From assembly GCF_000284115.1 (NCBI RefSeq), contig NC_017080.1:3300001-3332000 (forward strand): a stretch of DNA of 32,000 nucleotides, in the 5' to 3' direction. Position 1 is the first letter of the stretch. Each line of letters starts with the position of its first letter. The translations under genes were made by a program, and so were the position numbers. The stretch comes from Phycisphaera mikurensis NBRC 102666 (lineage in GTDB: Bacteria; Planctomycetota; Phycisphaerae; Phycisphaerales; Phycisphaeraceae). Positions 1-9,113 of the stretch are shown here, piece by piece. The notes beneath the pieces are model-generated. The model saw nothing but the letters and a program-made list of their open reading frames with translations. It did no database searches and had not been told where the DNA came from.

Positions 1-453
1 ACGCAACGCGGCGAGAAGCCCCGCGGCGACGGCCGCGAGGTGCCCGAGGGCTTCGAGCGCTACCGCCTCGACGTCGGCCGCGATGACGGCGCCGGGCCGA
101 GCAACTTCGTGGGCGCCATCACCGGCGAGACCGGCCTCACCGGCGGCGACATCGGCCGCATCGCGTTGCACGACGCCTACGCCACCGTCGACCTGCCCGC
201 CGGGATGCCGCCGCAGGTCTTCGCCCTGCTCAAGAAGCTGGAGGTGATGGGCAAGCCCCTGAACCTCGTGAAGATGGAGGGCGGCGGGCACGCCCACCAC
301 GCGGGCGGCGGCGGGAGCGGCCGGGCGCCGAGCCACGGCGGGTTCGCACACCCGAAGAAGAAGTTTGGCGGGAAGCCCGGCTTCGGCGGGCCGAAGAAGG
401 CCGGGGCCAAGCGATTCGCCGGCGGGAAGAAGTTCGGCGGGAAGAAGTCCTGA
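1..453 (+). CDS. DEAD-box RNA helicase, C-terminal fragment (DbpA-type RNA-binding domain plus Gly/Lys-rich tail); 5' end lies outside the window
   Basis: Frame 1 is open from base 1. FERYRLDVGRDDGAGPSNFVGAITGETGLTGGDIGRIALHDAYATVDLP resembles the DbpA/DeaD C-terminal RNA-binding domain. Basic GGKKFGGKK tail; stop TGA at 451-453. Confidence 0.75.
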   Translation, partial: TQRGEKPRGDGREVPEGFERYRLDVGRDDGAGPSNFVGAITGETGLTGGDIGRIALHDAYATVDLPAGMPPQVFALLKKLEVMGKPLNLVKMEGGGHAHHAGGGGSGRAPSHGGFAHPKKKFGGKPGFGGPKKAGAKRFAGGKKFGGKKS

Positions 454-517
454 CCGCGGGAGGAGGCGGTTGCGGCGCGGGGGTGGACGCCACCGGGGCC
501 GCTCCATAGCTTCCTCC

Positions 518-1084
518 ATGAGCAACGAATCCACCGAGAACCCGCACGCGGGCAGCGTGCCGACCGAGAAGAAGATCGACGAGCTCTACGGGCTCATCGC
601 CGAGATGGAAATCGCGTTGATGACGACCCGCCGGCCCGACGGCCGGCTGGTCACCCGCCCCATGGACACGCAGGAGCGTGGCCCCGACGGCGACCTCTGG
701 TTCGTCACGGATGCCTCCGCCGAGAAGGTCGCCGAGCTGGAGCACGACGATCACGTGTGCCTGGGCTACTACAACGGCAAGACCCGCGAGTGGGTCTCGG
801 TGAGCGGCACCGCCCGCCTCACGCGAGACCGCGAGCGCATCCGCGAGCTGTACCAACCCGACTGGAAGGCCTGGTTCCAGGACGAGGGCGGCGACCGCGA
901 CGGAGGACCCGACGACCCGCGGCTGGCGCTGATCGTGGTCGAAGCCGATTCGGTCCACTACATGAAGGCGGAGCACTCGCGTCCGGTGCAGCTCTTCGAA
1001 GTCGCCCGGGGCGTCGTCACCGGAAGCCGTCCCGACGTCGGCCGCGAGGAAACGCTGTCCGCGCAAGACCTGGCGGGCCGCTGA
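518..1084 (+). CDS. Pyridoxamine 5'-phosphate oxidase-like FMN-binding protein (general stress protein 26 family)
   Basis: ATG at 518 inside tracked ORF 365..1084; the upstream part is Arg/Gly-rich and overlaps the helicase tail. KKIDELYGLIAEMEIALMTTRRPDGRLVTRPM...LWFVTDASAEKVAELEHDDHVCLGY fits the PNPOx-like split-barrel family. Confidence 0.8.
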   Translation: MSNESTENPHAGSVPTEKKIDELYGLIAEMEIALMTTRRPDGRLVTRPMDTQERGPDGDLWFVTDASAEKVAELEHDDHVCLGYYNGKTREWVSVSGTARLTRDRERIRELYQPDWKAWFQDEGGDRDGGPDDPRLALIVVEADSVHYMKAEHSRPVQLFEVARGVVTGSRPDVGREETLSAQDLAGR

Positions 1085-1163
1085 GCGGGAGGACGAGGAC
1101 GGTCGCCGTGGTCCCCGACCGCCGCGCGGCCGATCGCGGTCGGCATCGGTCGGAGCGACACGC

Positions 1164-1517
1164 TCAACCGCCCGCCGGCTTGACACCCGAGAAGCCACGC
1201 TCCCGCAGCAGCGAGACGAGCGCTTCGCGGTGGTCCCCCTGCACCTCGAAGCCGTCGCCGCGGAGCCCGCCGCCGGCGGAGACGCTCGCTTTCGCCGCCT
1301 TCAGCAGGCCCGCCAGGTCGCTGGCGTCGGGATCCAGCCGCGTCACCACCGTCACCCACTTGCCCCGGCGCCTCTCCCGCCGCACCCGCGGCTCTTGGTC
1401 CGCGTGCCGCAGGACCGCCCCGCTCGCGTCCCTCGGGCACGCGCAGCCGCCGATCGCCAGCCCGCACGCCTGGCAGGTGACCGGCCGCTCCAGCGGGGTT
1501 CCGTCGAAGAGTCCCAT
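1164..1517 (-). CDS. yciH: SUI1/YciH family translation initiation factor-like protein
   Basis: 117-aa ORF with an N-terminal Cys cluster (CQACGLAIGGCAC) followed by VRRERRRGKWVTVVTRL...LKAAKASVSAGGGLRGDGFEVQGDHREALVSLLRERGF, typical of bacterial SUI1 homologues. Confidence 0.85.
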   Translation of the reverse strand: MGLFDGTPLERPVTCQACGLAIGGCACPRDASGAVLRHADQEPRVRRERRRGKWVTVVTRLDPDASDLAGLLKAAKASVSAGGGLRGDGFEVQGDHREALVSLLRERGFSGVKPAGG

Positions 1518-1812
1518 GCGGGGACGCTACCGCCCCGGGGGCGGGCCGGCCGATCTCGCGGATCGCCGGGCTTGCGGGTGCGGAGCGGGGGCCGGCCAGG
1601 AGCCGCTCCGACCCCGGCGTGCGCGGTGCGGGGCTCGGCCTCGCCGCGGCGGGCCCGGGGAGCGACCGCTGCCGGAGGCTGGGATTTCGGCGCTCCCGGG
1701 GTTACGGTGGAGGCCGGCTCCTTGGCCCGGGGAGGCAACGCCAGCCCGTGAAGCCTTTCCGAGGGGGTCGGATCCGCGGGGAATCACTCCCCGGCTCTGA
1801 AAGGAGCAACGC

Positions 1813-2571
1813 ATGGGATTGTTGAAGAAGTGTTCTGCCGAGGCCGTGGGGACGTTCTGGCTGGTGTTCGGGGGCTGCGGCAGCGCGGTGCTCGCGGCGG
1901 GGTTCCCCGAGGTCGGGATCGGCCTGCTCGGGGTGTCGCTGGCCTTCGGGCTCACCGTGCTCACGATGGCCTTCGCGATCGGGCACATCTCCGGCTGCCA
2001 CCTGAACCCGGCGGTCACGCTGGGCCTCGTCGTGGCGAAGCGGTTCCCCGCGGCCGAGCTGGGCCCCTACTGGTTGTCGCAGCTGGCCGGCGGCATCGCG
2101 GCCGCGGCGGTGCTCTTCGTCATCGCCAGCGGCCAGGCCGATTGGTCGGCGGCGGAGTCCGGCTTCGCGGCCAACGGCTTCGGGGAGCACTCGCCCGGCG
2201 GGTTCACCCTCGTCGCGGCGCTCACGGCGGAGTTCGTCCTGACCGCGATGTTCCTGCTGGTCATCCTCGGGGCGACCGACGTGCGGGCGCCCAAGGGGTT
2301 CGCCCCGATCGCCATCGGGCTGGGGCTGACGCTGATCCACCTGATCAGCATCCCGGTGACCAACACCTCCGTGAACCCCGCCCGCAGCACCGGGCCCGCG
2401 CTCTTCGTCGGCGGCTGGGCGATCATGCAGCTGTGGCTGTTCTGGGTGGCACCGCTGGCCGGCGCGGCGGCCGGCGGGCTCCTGCACCTGGGCTTCTTCG
2501 CACAGGAAGCCGAAGAGGGCGAGGACGCGGTGAACGCCGGCAAGGTCGTGCTGCCCAACACCGAAGCCTGA
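1813..2571 (+). CDS. aqpZ: Aquaporin Z water channel
   Basis: 252-aa ORF with two NPA boxes ([14 protein letters not shown] and [13 protein letters not shown]) and six hydrophobic segments. GAAAGGAG lies a few nt upstream of the ATG. Confidence 0.92.
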   Translation: MGLLKKCSAEAVGTFWLVFGGCGSAVLAAGFPEVGIGLLGVSLAFGLTVLTMAFAIGHISGCHLNPAVTLGLVVAKRFPAAELGPYWLSQLAGGIAAAAVLFVIASGQADWSAAESGFAANGFGEHSPGGFTLVAALTAEFVLTAMFLLVILGATDVRAPKGFAPIAIGLGLTLIHLISIPVTNTSVNPARSTGPALFVGGWAIMQLWLFWVAPLAGAAAGGLLHLGFFAQEAEEGEDAVNAGKVVLPNTEA

Positions 2572-2711
2572 ACCGCACGCCGGGCGCCACGCCCGCTCGG
2601 GGGTGGGTCCTGCCGCGGCGGCCCGGGCCGCGCCGGCCCTCCGGGGGCGCGGGGCCCGGCGGGTGCGGGCTCCTCGTCGGACACCCGCGCAGCCCCCGGG
2701 TCGCGTCCGCG

Positions 2712-2757
2712 CCGCGGACCGTTGGCCGGAACGCCCGGCTCGGCCCGCGGTCCGCGG
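2712..2757. repeat. 46-nt palindromic element, copy A (CCGCGGACCG-N26-CGGTCCGCGG)
   Basis: ccgcggaccg at 2712-2721 and cggtccgcgg at 2748-2757, perfect 10-bp arms and a 26-nt interior. Lies between the convergent 3' ends of aqpZ and the MOSC gene. Confidence 0.85.
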
Positions 2758-2768
2758 GAGCGGCACGC

Positions 2769-3431
2769 TCACGCGCTGAACTTCGTCTCCCGCCAGAGCC
2801 GCGAGAGCTGCGGGCAGGCCGTGAGGAAGGGGGCGGCCTCGGCCCGGGCGGCGCGGTCGTGGAGCAGAGCCGTCAGCCGCGCGATCGTCCACGCCGGCAG
2901 CGGCCGCTCGCGGAGGCCGAGCGCATCGCCCGAGGCGACCACCCCGGGGCTGAGCACGCGGACGTACCAGCCGAGCCGACCGGTCTCGGCCGCGCGGCGC
3001 GCGAGCTCGGGCCGGTTCCAGCGGCGGCACAGCTTCCAGCAGGGCTCGCGCGGCTGGCTCACCTCCACGAGGGCCGAGCCGACGGCGAACACGTCGCCGA
3101 GGCAGACGGTCCGCTCGTCGAGCCCGCCGACCGTCCAGTTCTCGCCGAAGGCCGCCGGCGGGAAGCGGATGCCGTCGTCCTCCGCCCAGGCCCGGTAGTG
3201 GTCGGCGGCGTAGAGCAACGCCGCGCGATCGGGCCCCCCGTGCACCTCCAGGTCGGCCTGCCCGTCCCCGTCAAGCCCGTCGGTCCGCAGCGACACGGGG
3301 CCGCTCACGCGGCGCTTCGTGAAGCCGCTGGTCCAGGGCTTGCCGGCCGGGTCGTGCACGGACGGCACGCCCACCGACTGCTGCAGGATCCGCGGCTCGT
3401 CGTCGGGCTGGAGCGCCGTCATGGATCTCAC
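2769..3431 (-). CDS. MOSC domain-containing protein (YiiM-like)
   Basis: LEVHGGPDRAALLYAADHYRAW...GENWTVGGLDERTVCLGDVFAVGSALVEVSQPREPCWKL fits the MOSC beta-barrel with its conserved Cys. A GTG start at 3431 overlaps the urtE stop as GTGA; an alternative ATG is at 3422. Confidence 0.8.
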   Translation of the reverse strand: MRSMTALQPDDEPRILQQSVGVPSVHDPAGKPWTSGFTKRRVSGPVSLRTDGLDGDGQADLEVHGGPDRAALLYAADHYRAWAEDDGIRFPPAAFGENWTVGGLDERTVCLGDVFAVGSALVEVSQPREPCWKLCRRWNRPELARRAAETGRLGWYVRVLSPGVVASGDALGLRERPLPAWTIARLTALLHDRAARAEAAPFLTACPQLSRLWRETKFSA

Positions 3432-4117
3432 ACCGACAGGTGCCGGGCGAGCGACGCCTCGTCGACGTCGGCCCGGGCGTCTTCGCGGACGAGCCGGCCG
3501 GACTCCATCATGAAGATCCGGTCCGCCACGTCCAGGGCGAAGCTGAGCACCTGCTCGCTCACGACGATCGACAGCCCCAGCCGCTCCTTCACGTCGTTGA
3601 GCATGCGGGCCATGTCCTTGATGATCGAAGGCTGGATCCCCTCGGTGGGCTCGTCGAGCAGGAGGACCTTGGGCCTGGTGACCAGCGCCCGGGCGATGGC
3701 CAGCTGCTGCTGCTGCCCGCCGGAGAGGTTGCCGCCCTTGCGCTTCCGCATCTCCTTGAGCACCGGGAAGATTTCGTAGATTTCTTTGGGGACCTTCCGC
3801 GTGCCGTGCGCCTCCAGCCCGGTGCGGATGTTCTCCTCCACGCTGAGCGTCGAGAAGATCTGCCGCCCCTGCGGCACGTAGGCGAGGCCGTGTTTCACGC
3901 GTCGGTGCGGCGGCAGGTTCGCGACCTCGGTCCCGTCGATCGCGACGCTCCCGCCGCCGCCGGGCAGCAGCCCGATGAGCCCTTTAATGAGCGTGGTCTT
4001 GCCCATCCCGTTCCGCCCCATCAGGGCGACGGTCTGCTTGGGCTGCACGGCGAAGCCGAGGCCGTGGACGACCTCGCTCTGGCCGTAGGCGACGGTGAGG
4101 TTCTGGACGTTGAGCAT
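3428..4117 (-). CDS. urtE: Urea/short-chain-amide ABC transporter, ATP-binding subunit UrtE
   Basis: Walker A GRNGMGKTT, signature LSGGQQQQLAIARAL and Walker B LLLDEP; branched-chain-type ABC ATPase placed last in a urtABCDE-order cluster. Confidence 0.9.
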   Translation of the reverse strand: MLNVQNLTVAYGQSEVVHGLGFAVQPKQTVALMGRNGMGKTTLIKGLIGLLPGGGGSVAIDGTEVANLPPHRRVKHGLAYVPQGRQIFSTLSVEENIRTGLEAHGTRKVPKEIYEIFPVLKEMRKRKGGNLSGGQQQQLAIARALVTRPKVLLLDEPTEGIQPSIIKDMARMLNDVKERLGLSIVVSEQVLSFALDVADRIFMMESGRLVREDARADVDEASLARHLSV

Positions 4118-4238
4118 GGTGGCTTCAGGGTGGATCTTCGAACGGGCCGGGCCGCTGGGCAGAAGAAGGCGAGCCGCAGACGGACGGAGATGAACGCGGA
4201 CGGACGCGGACGCACGCTTCTCTTGGGTCCCGTCGGGC

Positions 4239-4985
4239 TCAGTGCCCCAGGTAGACCTCGATGACCTTCGGGTCGGTCTCGACCTTCTCCATCGAGCCCT
4301 CGGCGAGGACTTTGCCCTGGTGCATGACGGTGACCTTGTCCGCGATCTCCCGGACGAAGTTCATGTCGTGCTCGATCACGATCACCGAGCGGCCCTTGGC
4401 GATGCGGCGGAGCAGGTGGGCGGTCAGCTCGCGCTCCCGCACGCTCATGCCGGCCACGGGCTCGTCGAGCAGGACGAGCTTGGGGTCGGCGATGAGCAGC
4501 ATGCCGATCTCCAGCCACTGCTTCTGGCCGTGGCTGAGCAACCCCGCCTCTTCGTCGAGGTGCGCGTCGAGGTGGATCTCCCGGGCGACCTCGTGGACCT
4601 TCTGCTCCACCGCCGCGTCGCGCTTGAAGAACAGCGAGCCCCAGACCCCGCGGCCACGGGGGAAGCTCACCTCCAGGTTCTCGAACACCGTGAGCGCCCC
4701 GTAGATCGAGGGCGTCTGGAACTTGCGGCCCACGCCGCCGCGGACGATCCGCTGCTCGGGCAGCTTCGAGAGCTCCTGGTTGTAGAAGCGGACGCTGCCG
4801 CCGGTGGGCCGCGTCTTCCCGCAGATGAGGTCCAGCAGCGTGGTCTTCCCGGCTCCGTTGGGCCCGATCACCACGCGTAGCTCCCCCTCGTCGACGTAGA
4901 GCGAGACCTTGTCGACGGCCTTGAAGCCGTCGAAGGAGACGGTGAGGTTCTCGATGGCGAGGGCGAAGGTGGTGTCCAGCGGCAT
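4239..4985 (-). CDS. urtD: Urea/short-chain-amide ABC transporter, ATP-binding subunit UrtD
   Basis: Walker A GPNGAGKTT, LSHGQKQWLEIGMLL and LVLLDEP; sits upstream of urtE and downstream of the two permeases. Confidence 0.9.
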   Translation of the reverse strand: MPLDTTFALAIENLTVSFDGFKAVDKVSLYVDEGELRVVIGPNGAGKTTLLDLICGKTRPTGGSVRFYNQELSKLPEQRIVRGGVGRKFQTPSIYGALTVFENLEVSFPRGRGVWGSLFFKRDAAVEQKVHEVAREIHLDAHLDEEAGLLSHGQKQWLEIGMLLIADPKLVLLDEPVAGMSVRERELTAHLLRRIAKGRSVIVIEHDMNFVREIADKVTVMHQGKVLAEGSMEKVETDPKVIEVYLGH

Positions 4986-5030
4986 GGCGGAGGGTGGGGA
5001 AGAGACGGAGGAGAAGGCAGCCGTCGGGGC

Positions 5031-6233
5031 TCAAGCTCGCGTGGGGGCCGCGGACGGCGTGGGTTCGGGCACGGAAGCGGGGTCGGTCCGCGGCGCGGCC
5101 TCGGCGTCCGGCTTGCCGCCGAGGCCCGTGAGCCGGCCGAGCTTGGCGCCGGCCTGCGTGACGATGCCGGCGATGCCGCTGGGGAACAGCAGCGTGACCG
5201 CGATGAAGATCGCCCCCATCGCGAAGTACCAGAGCGCCGGGAACTCCTCGGAGAACCAGGTGCGGGCCCAGCTGATCAGCAGCGTCCCGAAGACGGCCCC
5301 GGTGAGGCTCATCCGACCGCCCACGGCGCAGAAGATCACCATGTAGATGCTCGGCTCGATCGTCACGAGCATCGGGCTGATCATGCCGGTGTTGAGCACG
5401 AACATCGCGCCGCCGAGGGCGGAGAAGGCGGCGGCCACGCAGAAGACGAAGGTCTTGAAGCTGGCGACGTCGTAGCCGGAGAAGCGGACGCGGTCCTCGC
5501 TGTCCCGCACCGCCACCAGCAGCCGGCCGAGCTTGCTGGAGAGGATCCACCGGCCGAGCAGCACCGTGCCGAGCAGGAAGACGACGGTGGCGAAGTACAG
5601 CGTGTTCTGCGCCCCCGGCGTCCGGATGTCCCAGCCGAGCATCGTCCGCAGGTCGGTGATCCCGTTGATGCCGCCGGTCCAGCCCTGCCGCGTCACGAAG
5701 AGCAGCTGCATCAGCCAGCACAGGGCCTGGGTGATGATCGCGAAGTACACGCCGCTCACGCGGCGCTTGAACATCGCGGTGCCCAGCAGGTAGGCGAGCA
5801 GCGTGGGGACCGCGAAGACCAGCACGAGCGTGAGCGGGAAGCTCTTGAAGGGGATCCAGAACCACGGCAGCTCCGTGATCTGGTTCCAGTCCATGAAGTC
5901 CGGCAGCCCCGCGGTCGTCAGCGCGTTGATCTGGTCGGTGCCCGACTCGGCCGCGATGTTGCCGGCCGCCTCGAGCTTCAGGAAGGCCGCGAGGCAGTAG
6001 CCGCCGAGGCCCCAGAAGACTCCCTGCCCCAGGCTCAGCACGCCGCCGTAGCCCCAGCAGAGCACCAGGCCCACCGCGACGAAGGCCAGCGAGAGGTACT
6101 TCGCCGCCATGTTCAGCCGGAAGGCGTCGAGCCACAGCGGCATCGCCAGCAGCAGCAGCGCCGCCAGCGCGGCGAAGGCCACGAGCCCGGCGTTGGAGCC
6201 GAAGAATCGGAATCGGATCTCGGAAGCGTTCAA
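5031..6233 (-). CDS. urtC: Urea/short-chain-amide ABC transporter permease UrtC
   Basis: 400-aa polytopic membrane protein of the LivM/UrtC type. The low-complexity Pro/Ala tail (last ~25 aa) is encoded by palindromic element copy H. Confidence 0.88.
   Translation of the reverse strand: MNASEIRFRFFGSNAGLVAFAALAALLLLAMPLWLDAFRLNMAAKYLSLAFVAVGLVLCWGYGGVLSLGQGVFWGLGGYCLAAFLKLEAAGNIAAESGTDQINALTTAGLPDFMDWNQITELPWFWIPFKSFPLTLVLVFAVPTLLAYLLGTAMFKRRVSGVYFAIITQALCWLMQLLFVTRQGWTGGINGITDLRTMLGWDIRTPGAQNTLYFATVVFLLGTVLLGRWILSSKLGRLLVAVRDSEDRVRFSGYDVASFKTFVFCVAAAFSALGGAMFVLNTGMISPMLVTIEPSIYMVIFCAVGGRMSLTGAVFGTLLISWARTWFSEEFPALWYFAMGAIFIAVTLLFPSGIAGIVTQAGAKLGRLTGLGGKPDAEAAPRTDPASVPEPTPSAAPTRA
5048..5093. 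repeat. 46-nt palindromic element, copy H (inside the 3' end of urtC)
   Basis: ccgcggacgg at 5048-5057 (one mismatch) and cggtccgcgg at 5084-5093, with a 26-nt interior. Confidence 0.8.
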
Positions 6234-6297
6234 GGGGTTCTCTATCGCGACAGGAGGACCCGGGCCGCTTGGCCCGGGCGGGAGCGTTCGGGGCTTC

Positions 6298-7248
6298 TCA
6301 ACGCCGGATCTTCGCCTTCACGAGCCCCTGCGGCCGCAGCAGCAGGATGCCCATCACGATCAGCAGCACGTACACCTTCGCCAGCACGCCCGAGAGGAAG
6401 AACTCGAGGATCGACTGCGTCTGCGCGATCGTGAAGGCCGCGAGGATCGTGCCCAGGATGCTGCCCGCCCCGCCGAAGACCACGATGATGAAGGTGTCGA
6501 CGATGTACAGCTTGCCGGCGTCGGGCGACACCGAGCCGATGGTCGTGAACGCCGCCCCGGCGACGCCGGCGATGCCGCAACCCAGCGCGAAGGTCATGCG
6601 GTCGGTCCGCTTGGTGTTGATGCCCGCCGCGTCGGCCATCGGCCGGTTCGCCACCGTCGCCCGCACCCGCAGGCCGTAGCGCGAGCGGAAGAGCAGGAAG
6701 TAGACCAGCCCCGTCACGAACGCCGCGAGGACGAGCATGAACATCCCGTTGATCGGGATGTCGACCATGTCGGTGACGGCCCAGGAGCCCATCAGCCAGT
6801 CGGGCATCACCGCCGAGTCCTCGCGGGCTCCGAAGCCCGAGCGGAAGCTCTGCTGCATGATCATCCCCAGCCCCCAGGTCGCGAGCAGGGTGTCCAGCGG
6901 GCGCTGGTAGAGCCAGCGGATGAGCGTGATCTCGACGAAGTAGCCCAGGGCACCGGCGACGAGAAAGGCCAGCACGATGGCGACCGGGAAGTAGTACGGC
7001 AGCGCCCACTCGGCGCTGCCGACCACGGAGTTGGAGACGAACACGGTGGTGTACGCGCCGAGCGTGAGGAACTCGCCGTGGGCCATGTTGATGACCTTCA
7101 TCTGGCCGAAGATGATCGCCAGGCCCAGGGCCATCAGCAGGAACACCGCGAACATGGAGAGCCCGTTGAAGCTCTGCATCATGAAGATCGCCTGGAGCTC
7201 CTCCGCGGAGTAGCCCTCGAACATGCTGAAGACGGCGAGCGTGGTCAT
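6298..7248 (-). CDS. urtB: Urea/short-chain-amide ABC transporter permease UrtB
   Basis: 316-aa LivH/UrtB-type permease (GLAIIFGQMKVINMAHGEF motif) between urtA and urtC. Confidence 0.9.
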   Translation of the reverse strand: MTTLAVFSMFEGYSAEELQAIFMMQSFNGLSMFAVFLLMALGLAIIFGQMKVINMAHGEFLTLGAYTTVFVSNSVVGSAEWALPYYFPVAIVLAFLVAGALGYFVEITLIRWLYQRPLDTLLATWGLGMIMQQSFRSGFGAREDSAVMPDWLMGSWAVTDMVDIPINGMFMLVLAAFVTGLVYFLLFRSRYGLRVRATVANRPMADAAGINTKRTDRMTFALGCGIAGVAGAAFTTIGSVSPDAGKLYIVDTFIIVVFGGAGSILGTILAAFTIAQTQSILEFFLSGVLAKVYVLLIVMGILLLRPQGLVKAKIRR

Positions 7249-7315
7249 CGTGATCTCGATCGGGCGTGGCCGCGTCGCGGCCGGGTGGAAGCGCGACGGC
7301 CCCGGTGGGGGGCGG

Positions 7316-7361
7316 CCGCGGATCGTCGACGGAAACCCATCGAACCGGCGACGGTCCGCGG
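7316..7361. repeat. 46-nt palindromic element, copy B (urtA-urtB intergenic)
   Basis: ccgcggatcg at 7316-7325 (one mismatch) and cggtccgcgg at 7352-7361. The stem extends by tcg/cga, identical to copy C. Confidence 0.85.
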
Positions 7362-7374
7362 GTTCGACGGCCGC

Positions 7375-8646
7375 TTACTGGTAACCCTCGGGGAAGGGGT
7401 TGGGCTCGATGAGCTCGTCGCTCTCGGCGAGGACCTTGAACTGGCCGTCGGGCATCATCTCGCCGATGCGGGCCTTGCTCCAGAGGTGGTGGTTCTCGTG
7501 GATGCGGACGTAGCCCTCGGGCGCGTTGTCCATCTCGATGCCCGGCGAGGCCGCGGCGATCTTGTCGATGTCGAAGCTGCCGGCCTTCTCGACCGTCTTC
7601 TTCCACAGCCACGGGCCCAGGTAGGCGGCCTGCGTCACGTCGCCGATCACCGAGTCGTCGCCCCAGCGCTCCTTGAACGCCGCGACGAAGGCCTTGTTCG
7701 CCGGGTTGTCCAGGCTCTGGAAGTACTTCATGCAGGCGTAGAAGCCCGCGACGTTCTCGCCGCCGATGCCGAGGATCTCGTCCTCGGTGGTGGAGATCGT
7801 CAGCAGGATCTGGCCGCGCTTGGCGAGGCTGTCGCCGGTGATGCCGGCCGCGTTGAGCTGCTTGTACCAGCTCACGTTGGAGCCGCCGACGACGATCGAG
7901 TAGATGCAGTCGGGCTTCTTGAGCTTCACCTTGTTGATGAGGCTGCCGAAGTTGGTGTGGCCCAGCGGGTAGTACTCCTCGCCGACGACCTTGCAGCCCT
8001 TGAGGTAGCGCTCGATGTGGAAGCGCGCGATCTTGTTGCTCGTCCGCGGCCAGATGTAGTCCGAGCCGATGAGGAAGAAGGTCTTGGCGCCCTTCTCGGT
8101 GTGCGCCCAGTCGAGGCCCCAGATGATCTGCTGCGTGGCCTCCTGGCCGGTGTAGATGACGTTCTTGCTGGCCTCGAGGCCCTCGTAGAACGTGGGGTAG
8201 TACAGCATGCCGTTCTCCTTCTCGAAGATCGGCAGCACGGCCTTCCGCGAGGCGGAGGTCCAGCAACCGAAGACGGTGCCGACCTTGTCGGAGATGAGCA
8301 GCTTCTTGGCCTTCTCCGCGAAGGTCGGCCAGTCGCTGGCGCCGTCCTCCTGGATGATCTCGATCTGCCGGCCGAGCACGCCGCCCTGGGCGTTGATCTG
8401 CTCGATCGCCAGGCGCTCGGCCTCCACCGAGCCGGTCTCGGAGATGGCCATCGTGCCGGTGACCGAGTGCAGCTGACCCACCGTGACGGTGTCGTCGGTG
8501 ACCATGAGGCCGGTGGTGTTGACCTCGCTCGTCGGGTACTCCTCGAGCATCGGGTTGGCGGCGAGCGCGGCCGGCGCGGCGGCGACGCTGAGCATCGCGG
8601 CGCCGAGCAGGCGGCGGAGGGAGGATCTGGCGGTGTGGGTCGTCAT
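7375..8646 (-). CDS. urtA: Urea/short-chain-amide ABC transporter substrate-binding protein UrtA (FmdD-like)
   Basis: 423 aa with an N-terminal signal (SLRRLLGAAMLSVAAAPAALA), then VGQLHSVTGTMAISE...INAQGGVLGRQIE..., typical of the UrtA/amide-binding periplasmic protein family. Confidence 0.9.
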   Translation of the reverse strand: MTTHTARSSLRRLLGAAMLSVAAAPAALAANPMLEEYPTSEVNTTGLMVTDDTVTVGQLHSVTGTMAISETGSVEAERLAIEQINAQGGVLGRQIEIIQEDGASDWPTFAEKAKKLLISDKVGTVFGCWTSASRKAVLPIFEKENGMLYYPTFYEGLEASKNVIYTGQEATQQIIWGLDWAHTEKGAKTFFLIGSDYIWPRTSNKIARFHIERYLKGCKVVGEEYYPLGHTNFGSLINKVKLKKPDCIYSIVVGGSNVSWYKQLNAAGITGDSLAKRGQILLTISTTEDEILGIGGENVAGFYACMKYFQSLDNPANKAFVAAFKERWGDDSVIGDVTQAAYLGPWLWKKTVEKAGSFDIDKIAAASPGIEMDNAPEGYVRIHENHHLWSKARIGEMMPDGQFKVLAESDELIEPNPFPEGYQ

Positions 8647-8749
8647 GGAGGTCTTCTCAGGAGCGGGCGGAAACGGAGCGGATCGGGCGCAGAGCGTCCG
8701 GGACGCGGCGGGGTGCCGCGCCTCTTGGGGGAGGAGGTTGCAAGGAGCG

Positions 8750-9073
8750 TCAGCCGTGCTCGATCACCCAGGGCCGCGGCCCGCGGGAGGCCGTGGGCAC
8801 GCCGCGGCCGGTGGTCTCGCTGAGGGGCACGCGGCCGGCGCCGTGCTTGTGGCTGCAGCCCGAGCCGCAGACGTGCGGTGCGTGGGCCGACTTCTCGTTG
8901 CGGTCGTGGGCGGTGATCTGGCTCGGGGCCATCTTCCGGGTCATCGGCGACGCGAAGAGGCGCGTGGCGTCGGCGCCGCACCGGGGACAGGCGCACTTCG
9001 CGCCGCTCCTCGCGATCGGGCGTTGCACCTCGAAGGTGCCGTGTGCGGGGCAGTCGAAGTCGTAACGCGGCAT
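8750..9073 (-). CDS. fmdB: FmdB-family zinc-ribbon putative regulatory protein
   Basis: Internal ATG at 9073 gives MPRYDFDCPAHGTFEVQRPIARSGAKCACPRCGADATRLF, the FmdB/CxxC_CxxC_SSSS zinc-ribbon pattern. Lies immediately downstream of the formamidase gene, as in the Methylophilus fmd locus. Confidence 0.75.
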   Translation of the reverse strand: MPRYDFDCPAHGTFEVQRPIARSGAKCACPRCGADATRLFASPMTRKMAPSQITAHDRNEKSAHAPHVCGSGCSHKHGAGRVPLSETTGRGVPTASRGPRPWVIEHG

Positions 9074-9113
9074 GGCAGGCTCGGGGGTGGGTCGGGGGAG
9101 GACTTCGAAACGA

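Noticed and set aside
1518-1812. 295-nt divergent intergenic region between the SUI1 gene and aqpZ, checked for small RNAs, tRNA and riboswitches
   Set aside because: I recognised no cloverleaf or known riboswitch pattern. There are only generic GC-rich complementarity and a GGAG-type RBS before aqpZ. The tracked ORFs there (for example 1619..1825) are Arg/Gly-rich junk.
3483-3528. tcgcggacga-N26-cggtccgcca at the correct 46-nt geometry inside urtE
   Set aside because: Only 7 of 10 positions can pair, and the segment encodes the conserved C-terminal part of the ABC ATPase. I treated it as coincidence.
8774-8821. Possible degenerate tenth copy in the 3' end of fmdB (ccgcggcccg ... ccggtggtctcgc, whose right part resembles copy E)
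   Set aside because: The right arm needs an indel and the span is 48 nt rather than 46 nt. This is too degenerate to count without a genome-wide model. Worth re-examining if a profile of the family is built.
6109-8823. 904-aa plus-strand ORF (also 6242..8266 minus, 4021..6135 minus and 4242..4880 plus)
   Set aside because: These are antisense or out of frame relative to the clearly recognisable urtA-urtE genes. Their compositions are Arg/Gly/Asp/His-rich with no family resemblance, so they are high-GC artefacts.
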